64,000 bases of DNA from a virus, in the UHGV virus genome UHGV-0294963, one strand, 5' to 3'. Under the pieces are notes generated by a model. It worked only from the letters and a program-made list of their open reading frames with translations, had not been told where the DNA came from and did not search any database. Positions within the stretch are counted from its first letter, which is position 1, and every line of letters begins with the position of its first letter. Shown here piece after piece: positions 1 to 9,257 of this stretch. A program made the position numbers and the translations under genes.

Positions 1-529
1 GGAATCATATCCACCAGAAGCTTGTGCTAAATTAGAAGCTCTGCTTGACATCGTAGAAGAAACGATTGACTCAGGTCAGAAGCTTGTAATTTTCTGCTAT
101 CACGTATTCACGCTTGAATATCTGGACTGGGCATTGCGTAAGCACAAGTACAATCCAGCTCTGGTTTACGGTGCTATTGACACTCAAGTACGAGAAGCAA
201 ATGTTCAAGCTTTTCAGACAATACCAGAGTGCAACATAATCTTAGGTAACTATCAGACGCTCGGTACTGGTTTTAATCTTACGGCAAGCTCTACGATAGT
301 CGAGTATGAACTGCCGTGGACAGCAGCGGATGAGACGCAAGCCCAAGACAGATGCCACCGTATAGGTCAGCATCATCCGGTCAATGTAATCAGATTAGTA
401 ACTAATCACTCATATGATACGGTTAATGAAGAGATTGTTGATAGCAAGGAACTTCTTGCTGAGAGTATTATCAACGCTGATAAAAACTATCAGCAGCGGC
501 TGGTTCAGAAAATACTCAACATGGTTTAA
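1..529 (+). CDS. SNF2-family helicase, C-terminal helicase domain (5' partial)
   Basis: Motif VI QAQDRCHRIGQ and helicase-C block LGTGFNLTASSTIVEYELPW; ORF open at window start. Confidence 0.8.
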   Translation, partial: ESYPPEACAKLEALLDIVEETIDSGQKLVIFCYHVFTLEYLDWALRKHKYNPALVYGAIDTQVREANVQAFQTIPECNIILGNYQTLGTGFNLTASSTIVEYELPWTAADETQAQDRCHRIGQHHPVNVIRLVTNHSYDTVNEEIVDSKELLAESIINADKNYQQRLVQKILNMV

Positions 530-581
530 CTGCTACACAGCATCTGCTGTGTCAGAATATTAAGTAAAGGAGTAGAGGTTC

Positions 582-1106
582 ATGGTTAATCAGATTGATA
601 TCCGGACAAACCCAAATGAATTCACTACACTCGGATTCATGAAAATCAAGGAATGGGGTCATGATATTGACCTGAGATTCCTAATGCCGAAAGACTTTCG
701 CGGACGTCTAACAAAGGTGACTTGGAACGTGGAAGACAATGAAAAGCACGTTATCACCAGTGAGGACGAGTCCTGGGCATTGTTTCACCAGGTCGGAGAA
801 CGACCTGAGATAATCGTACCAAGCACTTGGTTAGATAGTCTTGAACTATCTGGTACTGTCAGAATGCGTATCATGTTCAGTTTCGATACCTTTAGGCAGA
901 ACCCTGATTGGTATGCTTATCTGTATCTCAAGACAGTCAATGGCGACCCGAATGCAGCTTATCTGGCAGGCTCTACTGTACGACCTGGTGGAGGTCCTGG
1001 TGGCGGATGTTGCCCTGAAGGTTGTGATGGTGATTGTTGCTGCTGTTGCTGCAAAAACCAGAACACTGACGATGATGAAACCGATGACAGTCTAGTTCAA
1101 AGCTAA
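582..1106 (+). CDS. hypothetical protein with Gly-rich/poly-Cys acidic C-terminal tail
   Basis: RBS-like aaggag upstream; C-terminus RPGGGPGGGCCPEGCDGDCCCCCCKNQNTDDDETDD. Confidence 0.5.
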   Translation: MVNQIDIRTNPNEFTTLGFMKIKEWGHDIDLRFLMPKDFRGRLTKVTWNVEDNEKHVITSEDESWALFHQVGERPEIIVPSTWLDSLELSGTVRMRIMFSFDTFRQNPDWYAYLYLKTVNGDPNAAYLAGSTVRPGGGPGGGCCPEGCDGDCCCCCCKNQNTDDDETDDSLVQS

Positions 1107-1117
1107 TGTATGGTGAT

Positions 1118-1175
1118 GCTTAAATGCAGTGATTTACACTATATAAATGGTGTTGCGTAGTTGCTGCATTTAAGC
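1118..1175. repeat. IR-bracketed intergenic cassette copy A (arms gcttaaatgcag / ctgcatttaagc, AT-rich core with TATATAAAT)
   Basis: perfect 12-bp inverted arms 1118-1129 and 1164-1175 flanking a 34-nt core; same family at 20739, 27704, 45189, 50108 and degenerate copy at 37754. Confidence 0.7.
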
Positions 1176-1205
1176 ATTTATTGTGTCAATCAAAGATAAG
1201 AGAGG

Positions 1206-1556
1206 ATGAATTCTATGTACAGACAGAATTGCGTAGTAAAGATTGAAGGTGTACCTAGAAATGAACCGGTCGACCTGTATATCATGAAAAGAGGTGCTGA
1301 CTTGATTGCTGCAGCAGTTACTTCCAATACCTATCAAGCTACCCATATCGCTGTAGAGAGTGGTATCAGAGATGTAGAGGATTTTACTAGACTATGCACC
1401 GAACATGAGTTTAATCTGGTAAAAGATTCCGAAACACCTAAAAAGTACAATCTTGAGTTTACTCTAGATATGATTGATAATCTATGTTCTATCGATGAAT
1501 ACCCATGTACGATAGCTGAGCTACCAGAGCAGTTGGTGGATTGCTTGGCTGGGTAG
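1206..1556 (+). CDS. hypothetical protein
   Basis: ORF with gaggatgaattctATG RBS context, directly after cassette A. Confidence 0.5.
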   Translation: MNSMYRQNCVVKIEGVPRNEPVDLYIMKRGADLIAAAVTSNTYQATHIAVESGIRDVEDFTRLCTEHEFNLVKDSETPKKYNLEFTLDMIDNLCSIDEYPCTIAELPEQLVDCLAG

Positions 1557-1590
1557 AACTTCGAAATACAATTAGAAATTGTGTTATAAT
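1557..1590 (+). promoter_or_regulatory. phage early/middle promoter, AACTTCGa-N17-TGTTATAAT
   Basis: matches recurrent motif (upstream 8-mer plus extended -10 TGnTATAAT); 65 nt upstream of FEN start. Confidence 0.6.
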
Positions 1591-1655
1591 TTAGATAACA
1601 TAAAATATACGACTTTTATACGACTTTTATGGGAATTTTTATAAGGAGGAATCTA

Positions 1656-2534
1656 ATGAAATATCTGGTAATTGATACCTACGCTTTATGTTTCAGAGCT
1701 CTATATGGTTATCCTGAATTGACTAATCGTAAGGGAGAACCTACGTCAGTAATTATCGGTTTCTTTAAGCAGTTTCTTAGTCGTGTCCACGCAGTAGAGG
1801 ATTACTATCCAATATTTGTCACTGACATGCCTGGTTCTGCAGACATTCGAAAAGAGCTGTATCCTGACTACAAAGCCAATCGGACAGCAGCTGACCCGTC
1901 GTTCTATGACCAGGTTGACTTTGTTCTTGAGCTTGGTGCGCTTATTGGTACAGTATATAAACAACCAGGCAGAGAGGCTGATGACCTAGCAGGTGCATTC
2001 GTAGAGCGTTACGCTGCTACGAATGACATAACACTACTTACGGTTGACGCTGACTGGTTGCAGCTTCTTGGTAAGAATGTCAAGGTACTTCAACTTAAAA
2101 CCAATGGTGTACACGTTCTTTGGGACGACGCTCTGTTCTTCGCAGAGAAGAAGATTACACCGAAACAATTGATTGACCTCAAGGCAATCGTTGGTGACGG
2201 CTCAGACAATATTCCTGGTGTTAAGGGACTCGGTGAAGCAACTGGTGTTGAGTTACTTCGCGAATTTGGTACGGTGGATGATATCTATGCAAATATCGTT
2301 AAGGTTACAACCAAGCGTAAGATTCAGCAGAAACTTATCGAGAACGAAGAGCTGGTCCGACGAAATATTAAGCTGGTATCATTGAACACCAGTGTAGATA
2401 CATGGACAGAGCCACAGACTGTAGTCACCGATGAAACTATCGACAAGTTCATAGATAGATTTTCTGAGAGAACAGATTCTCAAGAATTGACCAACCTACT
2501 TGGTGTATATCTACAACGTCGTAAACCAAGATAA
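1656..2534 (+). CDS. 5'-3' exonuclease / flap endonuclease (FEN, RNase H-like PIN + H3TH)
   Basis: H3TH motif GDGSDNIPGVKGLGEATGVELL; N-terminal PIN-like LVIDTYAL; start moved to ATG 1656 with aaggagg RBS. Confidence 0.8.
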   Translation: MKYLVIDTYALCFRALYGYPELTNRKGEPTSVIIGFFKQFLSRVHAVEDYYPIFVTDMPGSADIRKELYPDYKANRTAADPSFYDQVDFVLELGALIGTVYKQPGREADDLAGAFVERYAATNDITLLTVDADWLQLLGKNVKVLQLKTNGVHVLWDDALFFAEKKITPKQLIDLKAIVGDGSDNIPGVKGLGEATGVELLREFGTVDDIYANIVKVTTKRKIQQKLIENEELVRRNIKLVSLNTSVDTWTEPQTVVTDETIDKFIDRFSERTDSQELTNLLGVYLQRRKPR

Positions 2535-2548
2535 GGGGGTAAGTTGTC

Positions 2549-3070
2549 ATGTCGCCTATCGAGTATCAAGCAGCAAAAGTTCTAGGCGTAATCCATGCCA
2601 AACCTCATGATTATCAGGATGCTTTAGAGCTACCTAGGAACAAAGCTGCTCGGTATGGTGACCTGATGTCTTATGTTGGTATGTATGTTCAAGGTATATT
2701 GCTCATAAATGATTCCTTCGACCACATCACATCAGAGACGATGCCTGCTTATGAATCATGCTGCAATATAATACGAAAGCAGGATTTAGCATACGCAAGA
2801 CCAATCCCTCAGCAAGTCAGAATCAAATTCCAATTATACCTGCGTGCAAATCTTCCTGTAGAATGGCTTTCGAGTTTTCTACGAGAATACAGATTACATC
2901 TTTTCGGTAATGTAATGTGGGTAGACCAGAAGAAGCGAGAATACGTTACTGACTTTAACGATAAAAGGTTTTTGCATAAGGTTAAAGGTATCTGGGCTTT
3001 AGATTATGCACCACTTACCGATTACAGTCGTTACGAAGAAATAAAGAATATTTTAGACAACACCGCATAA
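2549..3070 (+). CDS. hypothetical protein
   Basis: ORF with gggggtaagttgtcATG RBS. Confidence 0.5.
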   Translation: MSPIEYQAAKVLGVIHAKPHDYQDALELPRNKAARYGDLMSYVGMYVQGILLINDSFDHITSETMPAYESCCNIIRKQDLAYARPIPQQVRIKFQLYLRANLPVEWLSSFLREYRLHLFGNVMWVDQKKREYVTDFNDKRFLHKVKGIWALDYAPLTDYSRYEEIKNILDNTA

Positions 3071-3102
3071 GTTCGTTATAAACTCATGTGGTGTTATATA
3101 AT
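3069..3102 (+). promoter_or_regulatory. promoter AAgTTCGT-N16-TGTTATATAAT
   Basis: recurrent motif family; precedes GT-like gene at 3142. Confidence 0.55.
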
Positions 3103-3141
3103 ATAATAGTAAATAAAACACCGTTATCAAGGAGGATTGTT

Positions 3142-4047
3142 ATGGGAAAAATTATGTACGGTACCATTTCATATATACCGCCAGATGCAACTCGAAAGTC
3201 GATGCGTATTGCAAATCACAGAAAGCAGCTAGACTGGCTGTCAACATTTCTTACATCTGATGATTTGTACCTCCGCGTCGAGAGTGCTTGGGGCGACGAT
3301 TCTGAGTATGATAAGCTGCATGACGTTCCTTTCGAGATTACCAGTATTCAAGTACCAGCAGCGTACCCAGGAGCAAATCGCAATTATCTTCTGAAAAAAC
3401 TCTATGCTTCAGATTATGATTGGCTTGTAATCATGGACGATGACCGCGCTTTGTACCCATATTTTAACGGTGAGGCATTCTTCACTAAAGAGCTCAAGGG
3501 ACCTGATGGAGATAGACTTGCCAGAGAAGGAACCCTCATTAAAGGTTTACACCCAATGGTAGAGCCGTTCAAGCGTCAGTGCATTGAGTTTCCTAAGAAA
3601 AAGGAAGCTTGGTTTATGACCAAGAGCTCACCACTCGGTTTTCTTCAGATTGCTTGCATTCCTAATCTGGTAAAATATGGCTATGAACCGATTTATATGA
3701 ACGGCGAAACCAGTTGTATGGAAGGAACAGCACCTGAGGATTTACAGTTCGAGCTCGATTGGGTTCTTGCAAAACACGGGATGGCTTGTAATAAAAACCT
3801 AATTATTAAAGAATTTGGTGGAGAGAACCAGAGCTCGTTATACCAGAATAAGGAGCATCGCCGTAGAGTCGAGGCATATCACAGACAGTGGGTATCTGAG
3901 TACCTCAAGCAGAAAAATCCTAGAAACAAAGCACTCTGGGAAAAGAAAACTTTGAATGCTCGTCGTAATACGTTTGACCCTACTCATCTGTTCTTAAGGC
4001 GTGAAGTTGCTTGGGACGACGCTTGGGATTCTATAATCGAGAAGTGA
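3142..4047 (+). CDS. putative GT-A-fold (GT2-like) glycosyltransferase, DxD motif
   Basis: YASDYDWLVIMDDDRALY resembles the GT2 x-G-x-Y-I-x-F-L-D-x-D-D block; N-terminal ISYIPPD beta-strand; start reset to ATG 3142 (aggagga RBS) because the promoter lies inside the longest ORF. Confidence 0.4.
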   Translation: MGKIMYGTISYIPPDATRKSMRIANHRKQLDWLSTFLTSDDLYLRVESAWGDDSEYDKLHDVPFEITSIQVPAAYPGANRNYLLKKLYASDYDWLVIMDDDRALYPYFNGEAFFTKELKGPDGDRLAREGTLIKGLHPMVEPFKRQCIEFPKKKEAWFMTKSSPLGFLQIACIPNLVKYGYEPIYMNGETSCMEGTAPEDLQFELDWVLAKHGMACNKNLIIKEFGGENQSSLYQNKEHRRRVEAYHRQWVSEYLKQKNPRNKALWEKKTLNARRNTFDPTHLFLRREVAWDDAWDSIIEK

Positions 4048-4056
4048 GGTGAGTCT

Positions 4057-4995
4057 ATGAAACCCGAAGGTAATTTTATGGTTGGTATTATATCATATAT
4101 GCCAGAAACAGATGCAGGTAAGCAGCGTATTCCACTACACAAGGAACAGTTACGCTGGCTAGAGTGGCTTGCAGAAAAAGTACAGCATTCCTTCCCGATT
4201 TACCGAGTTGAGAGTGCGTGGGGACCTACAGCAAAAGCAGAGCTCACGTCTACTATGCCCATTATACCTATCGAGGTAGAAAAGCATACCTGCGCTGTAA
4301 ATAGAAACTTTCTCCTTGAAAAGTTCTATGCTTCAGATTATGACTGGTTGTTCCTTCTTGATGATGACCGAGTATTCTACGACCATTATAGATATTGGGA
4401 GTGGTTTGATGACCTTGCCACTCCGAGGGTGCTTTGTATGTGTCAAGAAGGCTACATCGTGTCTTGCATACTTCCTATGTACGAGCCGTTCAAGAAAGTC
4501 AATTATGAATGGCCTAATCATGAAACACACTGGTACTTTAGCAAAGACCCCATCAAAGGCAGTCTGCAGTCGTGTTTTATCCCGAACATTAAGAAATATA
4601 AGAACACAGAAGTTTACTTCGACAAACATACGGCTGCTCAGCTTGGTGAGCCTCCTGAGGATACGATGTTTCAGTTGGATTGGATTAAGGCAGGAGGTAG
4701 GTGCGTTCGCAATCGTTATCTCATAGCCAAGGAAGTAGGTCAGTCAGCGGGTGAAAAGAGTTTAATCTACGCTTCCCTAGAAGACCGACGCAAGGTTGAG
4801 GAAGGACATAATCTTTGGTTCACTCAATACCTCAAGCAGCTCTTTCCTAGAAATCCTAGATGTTGGGAGCGTCGTGGCTTTAACGCCAGATTTAATCCTG
4901 AATTCAAAGAGTTAATTCCCAGAACAAATTCTTATGTATTTGAATTGCCTGATTTGCCGCGTAATATCGTGAAAGAGATGAAGCAGAATGAATGA
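4057..4995 (+). CDS. putative GT-A-fold glycosyltransferase, tandem paralog of 3142..4047
   Basis: Shares ISYMPE, SAWG, YASDYDWLFLLDDDRVFY, QLDW and FPRNPR blocks with the upstream gene. Confidence 0.4.
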   Translation: MKPEGNFMVGIISYMPETDAGKQRIPLHKEQLRWLEWLAEKVQHSFPIYRVESAWGPTAKAELTSTMPIIPIEVEKHTCAVNRNFLLEKFYASDYDWLFLLDDDRVFYDHYRYWEWFDDLATPRVLCMCQEGYIVSCILPMYEPFKKVNYEWPNHETHWYFSKDPIKGSLQSCFIPNIKKYKNTEVYFDKHTAAQLGEPPEDTMFQLDWIKAGGRCVRNRYLIAKEVGQSAGEKSLIYASLEDRRKVEEGHNLWFTQYLKQLFPRNPRCWERRGFNARFNPEFKELIPRTNSYVFELPDLPRNIVKEMKQNE

Positions 4996-5368
4996 GACAA
5001 TTCAATATCAGAATGAGGTTTATGATGCGACGCACATTAGAGCAGCATTCCGTCTGTATATGCAAGAAACACACCCCAAAGTAAATTCCAAGACTTTGAA
5101 GACCTACTGTACAGATGCTATATTTATCTGGGCTCAGCTACCAGACCGGTGGGTCTGGGACATAGTAGACGGCGGTGAGTATTCTGACGAAGACTGGAAA
5201 GTAAAGTTGCAGACGTACATCCGCAGAGATATAACAGCGGCAAGAACGTGTCCTGATAAGGATGCTCGTAGTTATACCAAGCATTTCTGGCAACTGATAT
5301 TGTTCTTAAGAATATTTCAGCATATCGTGAAGGGTCGATTGGCAGTACCAAGACACATAGGAGAGTGA
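4988..5368 (+). CDS. hypothetical protein
   Basis: ORF overlapping the previous stop by 8 nt (translational coupling). Confidence 0.45.
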   Translation: MNETIQYQNEVYDATHIRAAFRLYMQETHPKVNSKTLKTYCTDAIFIWAQLPDRWVWDIVDGGEYSDEDWKVKLQTYIRRDITAARTCPDKDARSYTKHFWQLILFLRIFQHIVKGRLAVPRHIGE

Positions 5369-5374
5369 TACAAT

Positions 5375-6037
5375 ATGGAAATTCCGAGCTTTTTCTATAT
5401 GCAAGATATCATTGAACGACGTAATCGACTTTTCGAAGTAGGAAATAAAATTCCTGAATATCGCGAGCTAAAGGAGATGGGCTGTAAGTTCTATGATGGA
5501 TTTCTGCTTCGGGACGACGAATCAGGTACCCAGTTAGAGCTTAACCATCTCTTTCTTCCTGACGATGTAGAAGACTGGGATAGAGGAACTAGAATACTGA
5601 ACAGGTATATCAAGGTTATTGAATCCTTGTATCTGCTTGAGAACACAGAGCATTGTATCGAGTCCGCTCGCCTTCTTACAATAGAGCGTGAGGAATTATA
5701 TAAGCAGATAATCCGTGAGCGGGTCTTTAGTGGTTTGAGGTTATACTATCACAATCAGGACGGTGATTGGGGTATCTACTTTATCGACGTAGAGGGTGCT
5801 CAGGTGAATCGTGCTATCCTCACCAAAACCACCGACAAGAACGTCCGTAAGAGAAATTGGAAAGGCAATCTGAACAGAATGCAGCTTTTTCTGCTTCGTG
5901 ATGATGTAGAAAATAGAACTCGTAGCATTATGCGAGTTGAAGAGATATTTGACCGCCATCGTGAGGAGATGATTATGGGTGGTGTCGCTGGTTATCATAC
6001 TGTAGATAAGGGGTGGTATAATGGCGAACTGGGATAG
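5375..6037 (+). CDS. hypothetical protein
   Basis: ORF with gagagtga RBS. Confidence 0.45.
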   Translation: MEIPSFFYMQDIIERRNRLFEVGNKIPEYRELKEMGCKFYDGFLLRDDESGTQLELNHLFLPDDVEDWDRGTRILNRYIKVIESLYLLENTEHCIESARLLTIEREELYKQIIRERVFSGLRLYYHNQDGDWGIYFIDVEGAQVNRAILTKTTDKNVRKRNWKGNLNRMQLFLLRDDVENRTRSIMRVEEIFDRHREEMIMGGVAGYHTVDKGWYNGELG

Positions 6038-7316
6038 TGCTCAGACAGCATTTCTAACAGCAGCCGCTAAGGTGTATGCAGCTTTGAAGATAGCTTATCC
6101 ATCAGGTATATATAGTTCAACAACTTCACCTACAATCAATGTCGACGGAGTTGAATATCAATGTAGATGTGACAGTACTGGAGTAATCCAGTGCATAATT
6201 CGTGTGATGGGTTATGACCCGAACTGGGGTGTATCTTCTGTATCCGGTCATACTGGTGACGGTTGGTATCTAACCGATGCTTCTGGTCCATTCATTAAAG
6301 ATAAGATTGGTAATGTATCATCAGACTGGGAAGTGCTTGATTTTAATGCTTCAGATGTAAAACCAGGTGATATCAGAGCTGCAAGTAATCATAGTCATTG
6401 TGACATATTTGTTGATTATCAGAATGGTAATGCGTACGGTCTTAATGCTGGTTCTACAGAAGCGATACAGAATTCGTGCAATGCTGGAACTCAATACTTA
6501 AATGACGGTAATCCCGATGACCTCGCTGTTACCCGGACAATTCAAGATAATGAGACAGCTAAGGTACTTCGCTATGTCAAGGGAGCAAATCAGACTCCCT
6601 CACAGATAGGTACGACAGATGTAAGTACAGGCGGACAATCGCTCGAATCACTCGATATCTATCTGAAGTTCATTCAAAGAATTGAATTTTATTATCAGAT
6701 ATTAGATAGCGCGGGAGATTATACGAAATACAGACCAGGATATATACCGAAAAATGCTAGAATGGTCAGAGTTACCCCTGACCGTGGTTCACCAGTATCT
6801 GACAGCTATGGAGATTCTTGGCTGGATTTTGTTGCTGGGTACACAAGACGCTGGATAGCAGGTGCAACCGAGGGTATAGATGCTGAACTTGAAGAAGGCT
6901 TGGTTATGATGTACACTCTTGATGATTCTGACCCACTGTTATTTGGAAAGACTGTAGTTAGAAACGAAGACGGTACTAATGATTATGAAGGCTCTAAAGG
7001 TTTAGTGCCGATTATTCACACGCAATGGCCTGTGCATTTTCGCTCGGTCCTCACTGATGTAGCCACGCATACAAAAGAATATGGTAGGTCATCTGCTTAT
7101 TTTACGAATGACACGTCGAATCCTCAGGGAGGTTCTGGTGAGACATCCCTTACAGACTTAATAAAAGCAGCTCGGAATTGTCAGTTTGTAACTGATGCTT
7201 CTGGTAATATTCCTGAGTGTGCAGATGCTCATGGATACCTATTCTTACATGATGAAGATGAGGCATATCAGAAGGATAACTATGAGCCTTGGGTACAGGG
7301 TATAAAGGAGGAATAA
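6021..7316 (+). CDS. hypothetical protein, possible NlpC/P60-like or CHAP-like cysteine peptidase N-terminal domain (tail-associated?)
   Basis: YQCRCDSTGVIQCII and KPGDIRAASNHSHCDIFVD loosely resemble the Cys/His motifs of NlpC/P60; weak. Confidence 0.3.
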   Translation: MANWDSAQTAFLTAAAKVYAALKIAYPSGIYSSTTSPTINVDGVEYQCRCDSTGVIQCIIRVMGYDPNWGVSSVSGHTGDGWYLTDASGPFIKDKIGNVSSDWEVLDFNASDVKPGDIRAASNHSHCDIFVDYQNGNAYGLNAGSTEAIQNSCNAGTQYLNDGNPDDLAVTRTIQDNETAKVLRYVKGANQTPSQIGTTDVSTGGQSLESLDIYLKFIQRIEFYYQILDSAGDYTKYRPGYIPKNARMVRVTPDRGSPVSDSYGDSWLDFVAGYTRRWIAGATEGIDAELEEGLVMMYTLDDSDPLLFGKTVVRNEDGTNDYEGSKGLVPIIHTQWPVHFRSVLTDVATHTKEYGRSSAYFTNDTSNPQGGSGETSLTDLIKAARNCQFVTDASGNIPECADAHGYLFLHDEDEAYQKDNYEPWVQGIKEE

Positions 7317-7319
7317 GAT

Positions 7320-9257
7320 ATGCCGAATGAATATAGTGCTGACGGTAAGATTATATTAAGAAGTACTAACGGTAATCAGATGAGTTTACCTAGATTTTTT
7401 CAGTTAGCCCTAGATGACGGTAATGGACATACTGCACATCCTATGAATGCACGGTCTGGGCACTACGCTTGGGATATGGGTACTAATAATTCTCTAACTG
7501 TACCGGTACGTACACCGTCATTTGGTACGGTAACTTCAGCCGGTGATGGTTGGAATGGCGGTATGGGTACTCATGTTATAGTTACAGATGATTCTGGTAA
7601 TGAACATAGATTTATGCACATGGTTGAAAATTCAGTGACAGTTTCAGTCGGTGATTCAGTTTCACAAGGTGATACCTTAGGATTAATCGGTAGCACGGGT
7701 GATTCTACTACTCCCCATCTGCATTATGATGTAATGAAGGATGGTTCTTTGTATACAGACCCGATAGAAGCGTATGATTGCTCGACCTTACCTTCAGGTT
7801 GGAACTTTGCAGACGCAGTTGCTGATAATCAGAATTGGGATTATATCAGATTAGACCAAGGTGCTTCAGATTACGGGCCTCCTGGCGGCTCGTCACCGAG
7901 TGAACCATATCTTCCAGACACACCTTGTTATGATATTTCCTGGGCTCAGTCTACAAGCGGTACCTTAAATGAATGTCTAGATGCAATAGCTGCCAGTAGC
8001 AGTGGTGGTGTAATTATCCAGGTAGGTGCTTTCAGAAATACTGGATTTGTACCGGAAGATAGATTTGACCCTGCACAGGCTTTAGCATATGCAATCAGTA
8101 AAAACCTAGCAGTTGGTGTGTATTTCTATAATTATGCTGATTATACTGAAAACCTAACTACAGCATTTCAAGCTGCGTTGGCTTATCTAGGTACTATCGG
8201 TGCTACCAAAGATAAATTAAAGCTAGGAGTCTGGATTGATACCGAATATAATTCTCAATTAGACTATGACCCAGTTCCTTCTTCGGACAAAGATGTCAAT
8301 TATGCGTATGTAGAGCGTTTCATGGATGTATTCGATGCAGCAGAATACCCCGTAGCGGGTGTATACAGCTCGGCTGCTTTCTTTGAGGACCATTACGGTA
8401 GTAGTCTAATTGGTAATAAACCGATATGGGCTGCTTACTGGGTTGATTCTTTCAGTGACGCTGATAGAAGTAGCTTAGATGCATATCTACCAGAAGCTGA
8501 TTACACAAAAGTCTACATAATGCAATATACAAGCAGTGCTACTGTATCAGGATGGTCAGGTAGACTTGATGGTAATAAAGTTCTAACAGCTTTACCTACT
8601 TCTGGTAGTGGTGGAGGTGGTGGCGGTGGTGAATATACAGAAGTCATCAACGTCACTGTTGATGTATCTCCTCCAAAGCGAATTTATTTTAATCCTACTC
8701 CGGGATTACTCGATGCAGCCACTGATTTGCTGAGCGACCGAAAAGCTACCATTACAGTTACTACGGATGCTGACAACGCAGACCTATACTATACCGTTGA
8801 TGGCTCTTCACCGTATCAATATACTTATGTGAACGGTAACCTCGCTTATACCGTAGCAAGCAACGCACAGCTGTATAGTTCAAGTATCACTATATATAAA
8901 GATTCACATATTCGTGTCGTAGCTGTCCCTTCTGGTACAGGTAGTTCCGGTTCATTCACAGAACCATTGGCAAAGGGCTCCGCTACATATTTGTTCAAGT
9001 ATCATAGTCTTGAACAGTCTTGGAAAGATGAGCAGAAATCTTATGCTACGTCTGACGGAGACATCTCCTTCTTTGAAGAAAACAAGCAAGCCTTTCTGCG
9101 ACTTCATGCAGAGCAGACTGAGGAGGAGATTTTATATGCAGCTGTTTATAAGCATGATACTCAGGTTGTCGAGGAAGACGCAGAAGATAGTGCAAGTGGT
9201 TCTGCTGGTACTATACCAGAAGATGAACGTGAGAACACAAGTTCGGTGGGTGATTGA
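7320..9257 (+). CDS. multidomain cell-wall hydrolase: M23 (LytM-type) metallopeptidase + GH25-like muramidase-like domain + Gly linker + C-terminal domain
   Basis: HYAWD (HxxxD) and HLH (HxH) with the Gly-rich M23 core about nt 7460-7730; DISWAQS...VIIQVGA...YFYNYAD...GVWIDTEYN resembles GH25 strands about nt 7920-8520; GSGGGGGGG linker at 8590-8630. Confidence 0.65.
   Translation: MPNEYSADGKIILRSTNGNQMSLPRFFQLALDDGNGHTAHPMNARSGHYAWDMGTNNSLTVPVRTPSFGTVTSAGDGWNGGMGTHVIVTDDSGNEHRFMHMVENSVTVSVGDSVSQGDTLGLIGSTGDSTTPHLHYDVMKDGSLYTDPIEAYDCSTLPSGWNFADAVADNQNWDYIRLDQGASDYGPPGGSSPSEPYLPDTPCYDISWAQSTSGTLNECLDAIAASSSGGVIIQVGAFRNTGFVPEDRFDPAQALAYAISKNLAVGVYFYNYADYTENLTTAFQAALAYLGTIGATKDKLKLGVWIDTEYNSQLDYDPVPSSDKDVNYAYVERFMDVFDAAEYPVAGVYSSAAFFEDHYGSSLIGNKPIWAAYWVDSFSDADRSSLDAYLPEADYTKVYIMQYTSSATVSGWSGRLDGNKVLTALPTSGSGGGGGGGEYTEVINVTVDVSPPKRIYFNPTPGLLDAATDLLSDRKATITVTTDADNADLYYTVDGSSPYQYTYVNGNLAYTVASNAQLYSSSITIYKDSHIRVVAVPSGTGSSGSFTEPLAKGSATYLFKYHSLEQSWKDEQKSYATSDGDISFFEENKQAFLRLHAEQTEEEILYAAVYKHDTQVVEEDAEDSASGSAGTIPEDERENTSSVGD

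Noticed and set aside
4316-4726. Multiple 60-140-aa ORFs on either strand nested inside larger genes (e.g. 4316..4726, 4333..4629, 17281..17694, 36109..36507, 48615..49004)
   Set aside because: All lie fully within longer ORFs that have RBS and operon context. Compositions are typical of out-of-frame translation.
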